Source of the DNA: an uncultured bacterium
GTDB lineage: Bacteria > Verrucomicrobiota > Verrucomicrobiia > Verrucomicrobiales > DEV007
Assembly: GCA_963977015.1 (NCBI GenBank)
Contig: CAXBMO010000012.1
Coordinates: 122,730 to 186,729 of the forward strand
DNA length: 64,000 nt
Direction: 5' to 3'
Shown: positions 38,780 through 49,382 of the stretch, piece by piece
Layout: every line of letters starts with the position of its first letter
Position numbering within the stretch: the first letter of the stretch is position 1
The notes under the pieces: generated by a model
Seen by the model: the letters and a program-made list of their open reading frames with translations, nothing else
Databases searched by the model: none
Told to the model about the DNA's origin: nothing
Program-made: the position numbers and the translations under genes

Positions 38780-41088
38780 ACTTGGACTTTTCTTCAATCC
38801 AGATGACTTCTCCTTCCCATTTTCGATTTCTGGCATGCGCAGTTTGTGCGCTTGTGAGTGTTCCGTTCGCCCATTCCCAGGATCGAGGGAAGCAACATCG
38901 CATCAGTGATGCGCCGTTTCTGACGCCGGAACAGGCGGTTGCCAAGATGAGCGTTCCGGACGGGTTCGAGGTGTCGGTGTTCGCCTCAGAACCGGACATC
39001 GGCGAGCCCATCGCTTTCACGTTCGATGCGCGCGGTCGCGTTTGGGTCGTCGAAAACTACAACTACGTGAACCGGCGTTCTCACAAGATGGAGCAGCTCA
39101 GCCGAATCCAGATTTTCGAGGACACGGACAGCGATGGTCGTTTCGACACGAAGAAGCTCTTTCATGATCAATTGACCTTTGCCTCGGGAATCGCGGTTGG
39201 ATTTGGCGGTGTCTATCTGGGGGCGCCGCCCAACTTTGTCTTCATTCCGGATGCGGACGGCGACGATGTTCCCGATGGCGAACCGGAGGTATTGCTCAAC
39301 GGTTGGGGAATCCAGGATCGGCATGAAACGTTGAACAGTTTTATCTGGGGGCCGGACGGCTGGTTGTATGGATGTCAGGGCGTGTTCACCCATTCGTTGA
39401 TCGGGAAACCAGGCGCCTCGAAAGAGGAGCGCACGTTCCTGGATGCCGGAATCTGGCGCTTTCATCCGGAGAAAAAGGAGTTCGAGATTTTTGCGCGCGG
39501 GCTCTCGAATCCGTGGGGCTTCGACTTCAATGACGTTGGTCACGGCTTTGCAACCTGTTGCGTCATTCCGCATTTGTTCCACGTGGTTCAGGGGGGCGTC
39601 TATCACAAGCAATCCCGCCCGAACCTGAATCCCTACGTTTATGACAACATCAAGACGATTCGGGATCACACGCACCTTTCGGCGCACGGCGGGGCGCGCT
39701 TTTACCTCGCGGACGCGTTTCCCTCGGAATACCGCGATCAGCTTTTTATGTGTAATATCCACGAGCACGCGGTTCTCGTGGATCGGATGGAACCCAACGG
39801 GTCCAGTTATATTGGAAGACATGGAAGCGATTTCATGCCGACGAATGACCTCGCCTGGGTGGGGTTCAGCATGGAGATCGGGCCTGACGGGGGCGTTTAC
39901 ATTCTCGATTGGCACGACACCGACATTTGTGGCAACGCGATCAACTTTCCCGACAGCGGCCGCATCTATCGCATCTTGCCGAAGGACGCGAAGAAGATTG
40001 AGCGTCCCAACCTTCCTGCGATGAGTGATCTCGAACTCACGAAGCTTCAGAATCACGTCAACGATTGGTATGTCCGTCAGGCGCGAGTCGAACTTCATCA
40101 TCGCACCGTGGCTGGGAAACTCGATCAGGCCGCCGTTCACGCCGAACTGGATCGCTACCTGGTTGCGTCAACCACTTCGCCCATACGCCTACGCGCGCTT
40201 TGGGCCATGCACGTCACCGGTCGATTTGCCGGAGCCGGTCAGGAAAAGCTTACCAGCTTGTTGTCCCATGATGATCCTCATGTCCGGGCGTGGGCGGTTC
40301 AGTTATTGTGCGAAAACGGGAACCCCAGCGAGCACTCGAGGCGGCAGCTTGTGGAGATGGCCAAACGAGATGCATCGCCTACCGTGCGGCTGTATTTGGC
40401 TTCCGCGTTGCAACGCCTGTCCTTTGATCAACGTTGGGAGATACTCAGTGAACTGGCCAAACGTGAGGAAGATCTTCAGGACCCCAACATACCGCGCGTG
40501 CTTTGGCTGGCGCTCGAGCCGATGGTTCCGGAACATCCTGAGATGGCGCTGACGACCGCGATTCACGGTGCAATGCCCTTTCTTCAGGAGAGTGTTGCGC
40601 GACGCATGGTCAGTGGAACCCCAGGCTCGTTCAAAAAGCCGAGTCAAGCCATGATCGAGAAGTGGAACAACGCGCTTCAATCCGTCGCGCCGGGGTTTCG
40701 CGTCCTTTCGGTGGGAGAAGGCGGAGTTGTTGCTCTGGAGAGCTTCCGGAACGAGAAGGCGATTCAAACCCATCCCCTCGACCGGAAGAAAGCCTGCACG
40801 TTGTTGCGCAATCTCCGGATTCCGGATGGCAAGGAGACGAGGCTCAAGGCGCGCGTTAGCTATCATCCCCACGGCGATTGGCAACTGCGGGTGATCGCGG
40901 CGAGAGAGGTTCTGCTCGACCAGATCGTGAGTTTCAAAACCGTCCAACAAGAGTGGCTCGAAATTGATGTCGACCTGTCAAAGTATGCCGGTCAGAACAT
41001 CGAGATCGCGCTGGAGAATCGGGCGAACGGCTGGAGCAACGAGTTCGGATTCTGGGGGAAGGTCGAAATCGTGAGCGAGGAGAATTGA
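38776..41088 (+). CDS. PVC-type membrane-bound dehydrogenase-domain protein lacking the heme domain
   Basis: VPDGFEVSVFASEP, FDARGRVWV, WGPDGWLYGC, NPWG, GPDGGVYILDW, HEAT region; no CxxCH; ATGA overlap with the upstream stop. Confidence 0.85.
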   Translation: MNLDFSSIQMTSPSHFRFLACAVCALVSVPFAHSQDRGKQHRISDAPFLTPEQAVAKMSVPDGFEVSVFASEPDIGEPIAFTFDARGRVWVVENYNYVNRRSHKMEQLSRIQIFEDTDSDGRFDTKKLFHDQLTFASGIAVGFGGVYLGAPPNFVFIPDADGDDVPDGEPEVLLNGWGIQDRHETLNSFIWGPDGWLYGCQGVFTHSLIGKPGASKEERTFLDAGIWRFHPEKKEFEIFARGLSNPWGFDFNDVGHGFATCCVIPHLFHVVQGGVYHKQSRPNLNPYVYDNIKTIRDHTHLSAHGGARFYLADAFPSEYRDQLFMCNIHEHAVLVDRMEPNGSSYIGRHGSDFMPTNDLAWVGFSMEIGPDGGVYILDWHDTDICGNAINFPDSGRIYRILPKDAKKIERPNLPAMSDLELTKLQNHVNDWYVRQARVELHHRTVAGKLDQAAVHAELDRYLVASTTSPIRLRALWAMHVTGRFAGAGQEKLTSLLSHDDPHVRAWAVQLLCENGNPSEHSRRQLVEMAKRDASPTVRLYLASALQRLSFDQRWEILSELAKREEDLQDPNIPRVLWLALEPMVPEHPEMALTTAIHGAMPFLQESVARRMVSGTPGSFKKPSQAMIEKWNNALQSVAPGFRVLSVGEGGVVALESFRNEKAIQTHPLDRKKACTLLRNLRIPDGKETRLKARVSYHPHGDWQLRVIAAREVLLDQIVSFKTVQQEWLEIDVDLSKYAGQNIEIALENRANGWSNEFGFWGKVEIVSEEN

Positions 41089-41091
41089 ACG

Positions 41092-41460
41092 TCAGATGCT
41101 CTTGTAACGGACTTTTTTTCCGTCTTTCCCGATTGGGCGATCGTCCCGGCGGGGTGCATCTGGCGACGTCAAATCGTCGGTCAAGGTGGAATGGTTATTG
41201 CGGGGTGGGAGCGTGTTTCCGCGATCTTCAGCCTCGTTAATGCGGAGCGTGCGGCCTTCCCAATCCTTCCCGTCTAGGGCGGCGATGGCTTTTTCTGCGG
41301 TTTCCCGGTCGGCCAGGGTCACAAAGGCAAACGCCCTCGGGGCACCCGTGTCCCGATTCATGGGGCGGTGAAAATCGAGGATGGGCTCGAACTCGGCGAA
41401 CAATTCGCGGATTTGAGCGGTGGAGGCGTCCTGGGAGATGTTTCCGACAAATAACTTCAT
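41092..41460 (-). CDS. RNA-binding protein (RRM / RNP-1)
   Basis: MKLFVGNI (RNP2), RAFAFVT (RNP1), LDGKDWEGRTLRINEA. Confidence 0.92.
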   Translation of the reverse strand: MKLFVGNISQDASTAQIRELFAEFEPILDFHRPMNRDTGAPRAFAFVTLADRETAEKAIAALDGKDWEGRTLRINEAEDRGNTLPPRNNHSTLTDDLTSPDAPRRDDRPIGKDGKKVRYKSI

Positions 41461-41796
41461 GGATCTTTTTCTGGTTGATTGATGGTTGTGGCCAATTCAC
41501 CCCGCATTGCGCTTAAGCCAGCTATCCAGAAGACAAGATCCAACAAACGACCAACGCCCGGTCTCGGGCCTGTTTTTTGTATTGTGAGGCGGGGAAGGTA
41601 AGCGCTGAAAGCATTATTCCAAATCATATTCGCGGGAGTGTTTGGACGGAGCGCGATTTCACGTCTGAAATGAATGAGGAGGTAGGAGCGGCCGGGCTGA
41701 GAAGTCCGCGGAACGGCGGCGATTCCCGTCCAATTTCGCGATTGGTGCAATTCCGCGCTCGCATTTTCAGGGGTTCGTTGCACTCTTTGCGGGGAT

Positions 41797-44700
41797 ATGA
41801 CTCAGGAATCATCCTTGCGGGACCGAATCGGTTTTTCCCAAAACGGCGCAGCTTCGGCGGACGAGAAGCAACGCATGCGGGAATACATCAATCTCAAACT
41901 CGCCTCTCGCGGGTTTCCGATTGTCGGAGATCGAAGTGATTATCCGTTTCTGGAGATGGGAAAATCGCTGATCGCGAATTTTCAGGAGCGAATGCGGTTG
42001 TTGAGCGATTATTTGTGTCCGGCCGATCAATACATCCAGGATTTCTTGGGAAATTATCTGGGCCAGTTCAACACATTCGAGACCGGACAGGCGATGATTC
42101 CAACTGGCGCGCTCATCATGGAACGCCACGGAATCGCCCGAACGCTTTCCTTGCCATCGGATAGCGATGTCTTCAAATCGGACATTGTATCCTCGTTCCG
42201 GGTTGCCCAGGGCGTCTGCCACAATCCGGTCAACGATCGTCGAACCACAAAAGGCGTTTTTCATGTCGCGGAAGGTGGTTACCCAATCCCAGACGATAAA
42301 AAGGCGGTTCCCAAAAGCACCTTCGCGCATTTGTTGAAGTCGGCCCTCAATCCTCCGGATGATTTGATGACGCTGCCGTTCACCGCGAACGAACCAACAC
42401 CTTCCAAGACGTTTGTGAGTCTATTGCTGCGTCCCGTGGTTTGTCCGGCGGTGGAAGGTTTTACCCAGGAAAAGTCGATGGAGATTCGCTTTTTCGCGCC
42501 GGGTAACCTCGTGAGTAACCTGGATTTTGTGGAGTCGATTTTCGGGAATGCGGGCGATCCGTATTTGCCGGAGAATGATGCCCGATTGGATGTCGATCAC
42601 TGGACTGGCCATACCGGGTGCGTGATTTTGGCGCCGCAATTGACGAAACTGCGCAAGAAAGATGTCGGGCTGCCCCATCTGAATGACGCGACCGAGCGCC
42701 AGAAGCGGGATGGAATGTGTTGGGAAAGTGAGGACGAACTCTACAACGATGGCGGCGCGTTCAAGGTGACGTGTCGCGATCAACGCGGGGTCATGGTCAC
42801 GCTGATTGCGGACAACTATTTTGGGTATTGCAAAAAGGAGGTGAAAACGCAGATCAGTTTCGCCTCAAACCTCTTCGGGTTGGTGGAGGAGGAACACGCC
42901 GGTGGCGCGATCGCGTTTCCCGGTTTCGATCTCGGTGAAGACTTTGAGTTGAGCGGCTATCGAACCGAGGTGGACCACACGTTCGAAGGCGTGGTCGAAA
43001 AATTCGGGGATCGCATTGATGTGGCGCCGGAAGGTTACGCGATCGACAAAACCTGGGACGACATTGTCTACCTGCCGGAGAACGTTCACGTCAATCTGCA
43101 TCATCAGCGCATCACCTGGAAGCAGGGCGATGAGGAGCGGGAATTGAAGCTTCAGCCGGAACGAACCTATGTCCTGCCGAGTGGCTACAAGATCGAGATG
43201 GTGAAGCCGAGCGAAGGCCAGCGCTGGCGCTTGATCGGGACGAATGCGGAAGGAACGCTCTGCCACAAGCCCTGTACGGTTTCAGGCGGCGGCAAGTCGG
43301 AGATTTCGAAGTCGCTGGAGGATGCGATGGAATCCGGATCGGTCTTTCTGCCGGACTTTGCGCGCGACCTGGAGAAGGCGATCGAAGTGGTCCATTACGA
43401 CTTCAGCAAGCGTTGGATCAATCCGCACGATCCCAACAAGCATGGCCGGGCGTTGCTCGACCCTTCGCGTTCGCTTGGTTCAACGATTCGATTGCTGGCG
43501 ACGAGTCCGGATTACACGGATGAATTCAACAACTGGGTTAGTGAAATTCCGCGTTCGGTTCGCGAGCTGGTCTTCATCATGAAGCGGTTTTGGAAGCCGG
43601 ATTGGGGTGATGATTGGAAAAAGCGTTTCCGGGTCGATACCATCAACGGGCAACCGGGCTTTGAGCTGAAATATCGCGACTCCAAGATCGTTGCACGTTA
43701 TCTGCGAATTGGATATCACACGGATGGAAGCTGGCGGACGTTCGGACTCCGCAAGGACTTTCACCAGGCGGCAAAATTGCAGCGCGAAGACGACATCACC
43801 TCCTCCATTGTCGTTCCCAGCGAGCAACTGACCGGCCTTCATCCGGACACGAAACGTCCCTCGTTCAAGTTCGTTCAGAACTGTGAATTTCGCCTCTTCC
43901 AGCGTCCTGACGAAGCCATTCATCGTGGTTATGACAAGACGACCGAGCTGGACTTCAGTCGCCAGGGCAATTTCTTCAGTAACTACGAGCCCCTGACGCG
44001 GGAGCAAGCCCGGGAGATGGTCGAGGACACGATTCGGTTTGAGCAGTTCTCCGAGCCGTTGAAGAAGACGATTCTCGATTTCGTGGAAGCCGATGAACCG
44101 GAGTTTATTGTGTGTTCCGCGAATCCGCGACTCGTGGACGGCAAGCCGACCAAGAATCCGCGTTATCTTCAGGACCGCCCGGATTTGCATGCGGCGCGGG
44201 ACGAATACCTGGCTGAGCTGGGTGCACATCTGTATCGCCGAATTCCGTTTGGTGAGCCGGTGCCGAATCCGGTGAACGCCGTTCTTCCCGGCCGTCGCAA
44301 CAATCCGGCCGATTACGATGCTGGGATTCGTCCGCTCGCCGTGTTTGGGCCGATCCACTACCAGGAACTGCCGGAGTTGTTCATGGACTTCATTTCCAGC
44401 CTGACCGGAAAGTCGCCCTCGACGACGGGGGCGGGAAGCGAAGGCGCCCTCACCAAGGGGCCGTTCAATGCGCTGCTGCCGATCGTGGATCTGAACAACG
44501 CGTTGGTGAGTTATCTGTTGACCGACTACCCGGTATATTCATCCGCGGCCGGTTACATCGGGAGCAAGTATCGTGTGGACCACGACATCAGCCTGATCAT
44601 TCCGGAAGTCTGGAGCCGGATGTTCATTCACGAGCGCGATCCCAAGTATCTGCTGGAGCGCGGACATTTGGAGAAGGTGGAAGATGTCGAGCATCATGGG

Positions 44701-45276
44701 AATCAGGTCCTGGCGAGCCGGTTGGGTTATCGGATCACGGAAAGTTTCGTCCACACCTACTTTGGCAGGGTCTTCAACGATCCGGCGACGTTGTTTCCCG
44801 ATGACATGCTGAGGCCGGAGCGACAGAATTTTGACGAATATGTTGATGGGGTGAACAACATCGTGGAAACCCAGCAAAAAGTGGCGAAAACCTACTTTGC
44901 AGACGAATCGATCGAAGTTGCCTGCCCGCCTCTCAAGGCGTTGCTCCACATCATGGCGCACGGGAACTTTGAAGGAAAAGACATTCACGATCCCGAGATT
45001 CGGAAGCTTTTTACCCGCGAATCCCTCGTGGAGAGTGATTGGTATCAGGATCGCCTTCAGGCCAAGGTCGAAGTCGATCGGGAACTGTTGGAACGCCAGG
45101 CATCGCACTTGGAAGCGTTTCTCCGGAAAGACCACTATGCCGAGGAAGGGGAACGGCTGGAGATTCGGAAGAAGCTTGCCACCATCAACGAACAATTGGC
45201 CGCGTTGAAGAAACGCCCGAAAGAAGCTCTCGACCGCCTCATCGGAACACTGGGAGCTGATCCGTCGCTGCTTTAG
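41797..45276 (+). CDS. Pyrophosphate-dependent phosphoenolpyruvate carboxykinase (PPi-PEPCK)
   Basis: 1159 aa; NPVNDRRTTKGVFH, NYFGYCKKEVKTQIS, EEEHAGGA, HKPCTVSGGGKSEISK, TGKSPSTTGAGSEGALTKGPFN match the PPi-type PEPCK family. Confidence 0.82.
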   Translation: MTQESSLRDRIGFSQNGAASADEKQRMREYINLKLASRGFPIVGDRSDYPFLEMGKSLIANFQERMRLLSDYLCPADQYIQDFLGNYLGQFNTFETGQAMIPTGALIMERHGIARTLSLPSDSDVFKSDIVSSFRVAQGVCHNPVNDRRTTKGVFHVAEGGYPIPDDKKAVPKSTFAHLLKSALNPPDDLMTLPFTANEPTPSKTFVSLLLRPVVCPAVEGFTQEKSMEIRFFAPGNLVSNLDFVESIFGNAGDPYLPENDARLDVDHWTGHTGCVILAPQLTKLRKKDVGLPHLNDATERQKRDGMCWESEDELYNDGGAFKVTCRDQRGVMVTLIADNYFGYCKKEVKTQISFASNLFGLVEEEHAGGAIAFPGFDLGEDFELSGYRTEVDHTFEGVVEKFGDRIDVAPEGYAIDKTWDDIVYLPENVHVNLHHQRITWKQGDEERELKLQPERTYVLPSGYKIEMVKPSEGQRWRLIGTNAEGTLCHKPCTVSGGGKSEISKSLEDAMESGSVFLPDFARDLEKAIEVVHYDFSKRWINPHDPNKHGRALLDPSRSLGSTIRLLATSPDYTDEFNNWVSEIPRSVRELVFIMKRFWKPDWGDDWKKRFRVDTINGQPGFELKYRDSKIVARYLRIGYHTDGSWRTFGLRKDFHQAAKLQREDDITSSIVVPSEQLTGLHPDTKRPSFKFVQNCEFRLFQRPDEAIHRGYDKTTELDFSRQGNFFSNYEPLTREQAREMVEDTIRFEQFSEPLKKTILDFVEADEPEFIVCSANPRLVDGKPTKNPRYLQDRPDLHAARDEYLAELGAHLYRRIPFGEPVPNPVNAVLPGRRNNPADYDAGIRPLAVFGPIHYQELPELFMDFISSLTGKSPSTTGAGSEGALTKGPFNALLPIVDLNNALVSYLLTDYPVYSSAAGYIGSKYRVDHDISLIIPEVWSRMFIHERDPKYLLERGHLEKVEDVEHHGNQVLASRLGYRITESFVHTYFGRVFNDPATLFPDDMLRPERQNFDEYVDGVNNIVETQQKVAKTYFADESIEVACPPLKALLHIMAHGNFEGKDIHDPEIRKLFTRESLVESDWYQDRLQAKVEVDRELLERQASHLEAFLRKDHYAEEGERLEIRKKLATINEQLAALKKRPKEALDRLIGTLGADPSLL

Positions 45277-45335
45277 GGCATCTTAGGTGGAGATGTCGCC
45301 AATACTGCGAGGAGGTTTGCCTTCCCGGCTGTTTG

Positions 45336-45605
45336 CTAACGGGACCGGGGTTTGTCCAAGTCATCCGCCTTGGAAAGGGCGGGTTGCTGCAACCATTTGA
45401 TTCCGAAGATGATGAGGGTGAGCGCGACGACGGTGGAGATCCCCGTGGGAAGAGCGAGCGCCTCAAGATATCGGGAGCGTTCCTCGGGATCCTCGAGCGC
45501 GCGGGATTGAAGGATCGCGAAGATTCCGATTCCGGCCGCGACGGATAGCAACCCGCCGAAAATGAGAAGAATGATGCCGATGGGAGCGGCTTTCGTTGTG
45601 GACAT
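45336..45605 (-). CDS. Small two-TM membrane protein
   Basis: 89 aa with two hydrophobic helices; extended -10 (TGA-TAGGGT) 6 nt upstream of the ATG. Confidence 0.6.
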   Translation of the reverse strand: MSTTKAAPIGIILLIFGGLLSVAAGIGIFAILQSRALEDPEERSRYLEALALPTGISTVVALTLIIFGIKWLQQPALSKADDLDKPRSR

Positions 45606-45716
45606 TGATGCACCCTATCACGATTGCAGCGGAGGCAACGATCAATTTCCTGAAACGGAGCGGTTCCAACCTAACACAGTTGCCACAAGCCACTTCCCGT
45701 CTAGAGTCGCCCCAAC

Positions 45717-48500
45717 ATGGCGAATCGGCTTTTTCTTCTCGATGGCATGGCGCTGATTTATCGCGCCCATTTTGCGTTGATCCGTAATCCGGTGTTCACC
45801 TCGCGCGGATTCAATAGTTCGGCGGTTCTCGGGTTCACCAACACCCTGCTCGAGATCATCGAAAAGCGGAAACCGACACATTTGGCGGTGGTGTTCGATA
45901 CGTCCGCCCCGACCCAGCGCCACGAGGAGTATCCCGAATACAAGGCGCAACGTCAGGAAATGCCGGAGGAGTTGAGCGCCGCGATTCCCCATGTGAAGCG
46001 CATGGTGGAAGCCTTCCATATCCCGGTTCTGACGTTGGATGGCTATGAGGCGGACGACATCATCGGCACGCTGGCGCGCCGGTTTGAGAAGGAGGATCCC
46101 GGGGCGGAAATTTTCATGGTGACGCCGGACAAGGACTTCGCGCAGCTGGTGACGGAGCGGGCCAAGATTCACAAGCCGGGCCGGCAAGGCAGCGATGTCG
46201 AGATTCTTGGGATCGAGGAGATTCGCGAGAATTGGCAGGTCGAGGAACCGAGCCAGGTCATCGATATTCTGGGGTTGTGGGGCGATGCGTCGGACAACAT
46301 TCCGGGCATTCCCGGGATTGGAGAGAAAACCGCCAAGAAGTTGATTGGTCAGTTTGGGAGCATCGAAAATTTGATCGCGAACACGGACAAGCTGAAAGGC
46401 AAGCAGAAGGAAAACGTCGAGAAATTTGCCGACCAGGCCCTGCTTTCGAAACGGCTGGCGACTATCATTCTCGATGTTCCGATCGAGGTGTCGGAAGACG
46501 CGCTCGTGCTCAGCGAACGCGATGATGAGGCCTTGAAGAGCCTTTTTGTTCAATTCGAGTTCAACGCGATCGGGAAACGGTTGTTTGGAAGCGATTTCAA
46601 GGCGGGACGCGGTCACATCAAGCCGGCGGCACCCGGCGAGGATCTGGAGGAAGGGCTTGTCGCGCCCGATCTCAAGACAATGGAAGAGGTTGAGCACGAC
46701 TACACGCTTGTCGAAACGGCGGACGCGCGCGCCAAGCTGATCGCAGACTTGAAGAAGCAGAAGTCGTTCGCCTTTGATACGGAGACTTCGGCGCTGAACC
46801 CGCACCAATCCGAGATTGTCGGCATTTCGTTTTCCTGGAAACGCGGTCAGGGTTTTTATGTTGCGTTAACCGGCGATCTCACCACGAAGATCAAGACGTT
46901 GGCGGAGTTTCGCGAGGTTCTCGAGAATCCGGAAATCGAGAAGATTGGCCACAACCTGAAGTTCGATCTGGTGGTCCTGCTCTGGCACGACATTCGGGTT
47001 CGCGGCCCCTTCTTCGATACCATGCTGGCGCATACCCTGGTCGAGCCGGAGCAACGTCATACGATGGACTACATGAGCGAGGCGATTCTGGGCTACACGC
47101 CGGTTTCGATCAAGGCGCTGATTGGCGACAAGAATGACGAGGGCGGGCAACTCAGCATGTTGGACATCTTCGATCAGAAGAAGGAGGAGGTCTCGGATTA
47201 TGCGGCGGAAGACGCGGACATCACCTGGCAACTGAGCGAGAAACTGCGACCTCAGCTGAAGGACCTGGGGTTGGAGCGGGTCGCCTATGAAGTGGAGTTT
47301 CCGTTGTTGCCGGTGTTGGCCGCGCTGGAGTATGAAGGCGTTTCCATTGATGTTGATGCGCTCGGAAAGATCAGCGAATCGCTCGCGGTGCAGATGAAAG
47401 AGTTGGAGGCGCGCATTTACGAATCCGCCGACGAGACGTTTAACCTCAATTCTCCGAAGCAGTTGGGCGAGATTCTCTTCGAGAAGTTGAAGCTGGTCGA
47501 GAAGCCGAAGAAGACCAAGACCGGCCAATACAAAACGGACGAACAGGTCTTGAGTTCTCTCGAAATGCATCACCCGATTGTCGCGGACATCCTCGCCTTT
47601 CGCGAAGCCACCAAGCTGAAGAGCACCTATGTCGATGCGCTGCCCCATTCCGTCCTAAAGAAAAGCGGGCGCGTTCACACCCAGTTCGAGCAGTTGATGA
47701 CCGCGACCGGGCGCCTGGCTTCCAACAACCCCAACCTGCAGAACATCCCGATCCGAACCGAGCAGGGGCGCGAGATCCGCAAAGCGTTCGTCCCCCGGAG
47801 TGCCGACTTCATGGTGTTCTCGGCGGACTATTCCCAGATTGAGCTTCGCGTCATGGCGAGCCTGAGCAAGGACGCCGGAATGATGGGCGATTTTGAAGCC
47901 GGTCACGACATTCACACCACCACCGCCGCGCGCGTTTACGGCGTTGAGCTCGAGGACGTGATTCCGGAAATGCGGCGAACGGCGAAGATGGTGAACTTTG
48001 GAATCATCTATGGCATCACCGGCTTTGGGTTGTCGCAGCGGCTCGGGATTCCCAAGAAGGAAGCCGAAGTGATCATTCAGGAATACTTCAAGCAATACGG
48101 CGGCGTGAAAGCCTACATGGACAACACCATCGCGTTTGCCCATGAACAGGGTTATGTCGAGACGCTGATGGGGCGCCGCCGGTTCCTTCGCGACATCACC
48201 TCACGAAACTGGAACGTGCGCAACGCCGCGGAACGGACCGCGATCAATACGCCGGTTCAGGGAAGCGCGGCGGACATGATCAAGCTCGCCATGATCAACG
48301 TTCAACGCGCGTTGCGCGAAGGCGGTTTCCAAACCACGATGCTCCTCCAGGTTCACGATGAATTGGTCTTCGACCTTCACCGCGACGAAGTCGAGACGGT
48401 TCCGCCTCTGGTCATCGAATGCATGAAGACCGCGCTCCCGCTTGCGGTGCCGATCGTCGTCGATACCGGGAAAGGTGAGAACTGGTTGGAAGCGCATTAG
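45717..48500 (+). CDS. polA: DNA polymerase I
   Basis: LLDG..LIYRA, EADDIIGTLA, GDASDNIPGIPGIGEKTA, FDTET, NPNLQNIP, ADYSQIELR, QVHDELVF. Confidence 0.99.
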   Translation: MANRLFLLDGMALIYRAHFALIRNPVFTSRGFNSSAVLGFTNTLLEIIEKRKPTHLAVVFDTSAPTQRHEEYPEYKAQRQEMPEELSAAIPHVKRMVEAFHIPVLTLDGYEADDIIGTLARRFEKEDPGAEIFMVTPDKDFAQLVTERAKIHKPGRQGSDVEILGIEEIRENWQVEEPSQVIDILGLWGDASDNIPGIPGIGEKTAKKLIGQFGSIENLIANTDKLKGKQKENVEKFADQALLSKRLATIILDVPIEVSEDALVLSERDDEALKSLFVQFEFNAIGKRLFGSDFKAGRGHIKPAAPGEDLEEGLVAPDLKTMEEVEHDYTLVETADARAKLIADLKKQKSFAFDTETSALNPHQSEIVGISFSWKRGQGFYVALTGDLTTKIKTLAEFREVLENPEIEKIGHNLKFDLVVLLWHDIRVRGPFFDTMLAHTLVEPEQRHTMDYMSEAILGYTPVSIKALIGDKNDEGGQLSMLDIFDQKKEEVSDYAAEDADITWQLSEKLRPQLKDLGLERVAYEVEFPLLPVLAALEYEGVSIDVDALGKISESLAVQMKELEARIYESADETFNLNSPKQLGEILFEKLKLVEKPKKTKTGQYKTDEQVLSSLEMHHPIVADILAFREATKLKSTYVDALPHSVLKKSGRVHTQFEQLMTATGRLASNNPNLQNIPIRTEQGREIRKAFVPRSADFMVFSADYSQIELRVMASLSKDAGMMGDFEAGHDIHTTTAARVYGVELEDVIPEMRRTAKMVNFGIIYGITGFGLSQRLGIPKKEAEVIIQEYFKQYGGVKAYMDNTIAFAHEQGYVETLMGRRRFLRDITSRNWNVRNAAERTAINTPVQGSAADMIKLAMINVQRALREGGFQTTMLLQVHDELVFDLHRDEVETVPPLVIECMKTALPLAVPIVVDTGKGENWLEAH

Positions 48501-48849
48501 TTAGGGCGCGTTTAAAGATGATGACGGACGCGCAAGTTGTTCCTCTTTTTTGAAGATTGGCTTCGCGTGATCTTGAGATGCGGCGCTTTTCCCGACTGGA
48601 AATGCGGTTCGGGGCTTTGTGAGCAGGCTCATCGCCGCCCCGAGCCATCACTTCCAGTCGACAAAATCACTCGCAGCGCGTCTCGAGCTCATTTTTAAAC
48701 GCGCATTAGTCCGAGCGCGGAGTTTTTGTAGGTTTGTGAGGGTTCGAGAAAGGTGAATTTCGATTGCAAATTCTCTGAGGTAGCGGAGTCTAACTGTTGC
48801 GCAGATTAGTGGCGCGACCGAAATCGATAACAACAAAGAGGTTAGAAAA

Positions 48850-49311
48850 ATGAGCGTATTTTTGGTTCTTATGTTTACGGCAGTTGCAGCCGTTTTACTC
48901 ATGTCAGTCCTGCTGAGACTTGAGGATGAAAGGCGGATCAAAGCCTATGTGAACGAGAAAGGCGGCAACATCCTTGAGGCGCGGCTCGCGTTGTTTGGCT
49001 CTGAGCCCCACCGCCGGCGCATCGACCGGCCCTATCAGGTGCGATTTCTCGACCGGAATTGTCACGAGCACGAAGCGATGATTTTGGCGGGAACGGATCG
49101 CGGCCCCAGCATCATTCATGACGAAATCGTTCGGGTTGCGGAGCGATGGGATTTTCGGAAGGGGCGTTCCGTGAAGGTAACCGCGGGTTCGAAGAAACCG
49201 CAGGGTGCGGCCGACGGATTTGGAAGTTATCTGACCATGCGGATGCGCTATCAGCCCAAGGGCAAAAGCAAGGCCGCGAAGGGCAACGCCCAATCAACCC
49301 AGGCGGCGTGA
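48850..49311 (+). CDS. Hypothetical membrane-anchored protein
   Basis: 153 aa with an N-terminal TM; AT-rich upstream region. Confidence 0.55.
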   Translation: MSVFLVLMFTAVAAVLLMSVLLRLEDERRIKAYVNEKGGNILEARLALFGSEPHRRRIDRPYQVRFLDRNCHEHEAMILAGTDRGPSIIHDEIVRVAERWDFRKGRSVKVTAGSKKPQGAADGFGSYLTMRMRYQPKGKSKAAKGNAQSTQAA

Positions 49312-49382
49312 TCGAGCCTGACAGATGCATGCCCGTGGCAACTCGGGTTGACCATCACGCTCAACGCGGCGAGTCGTGAGAG

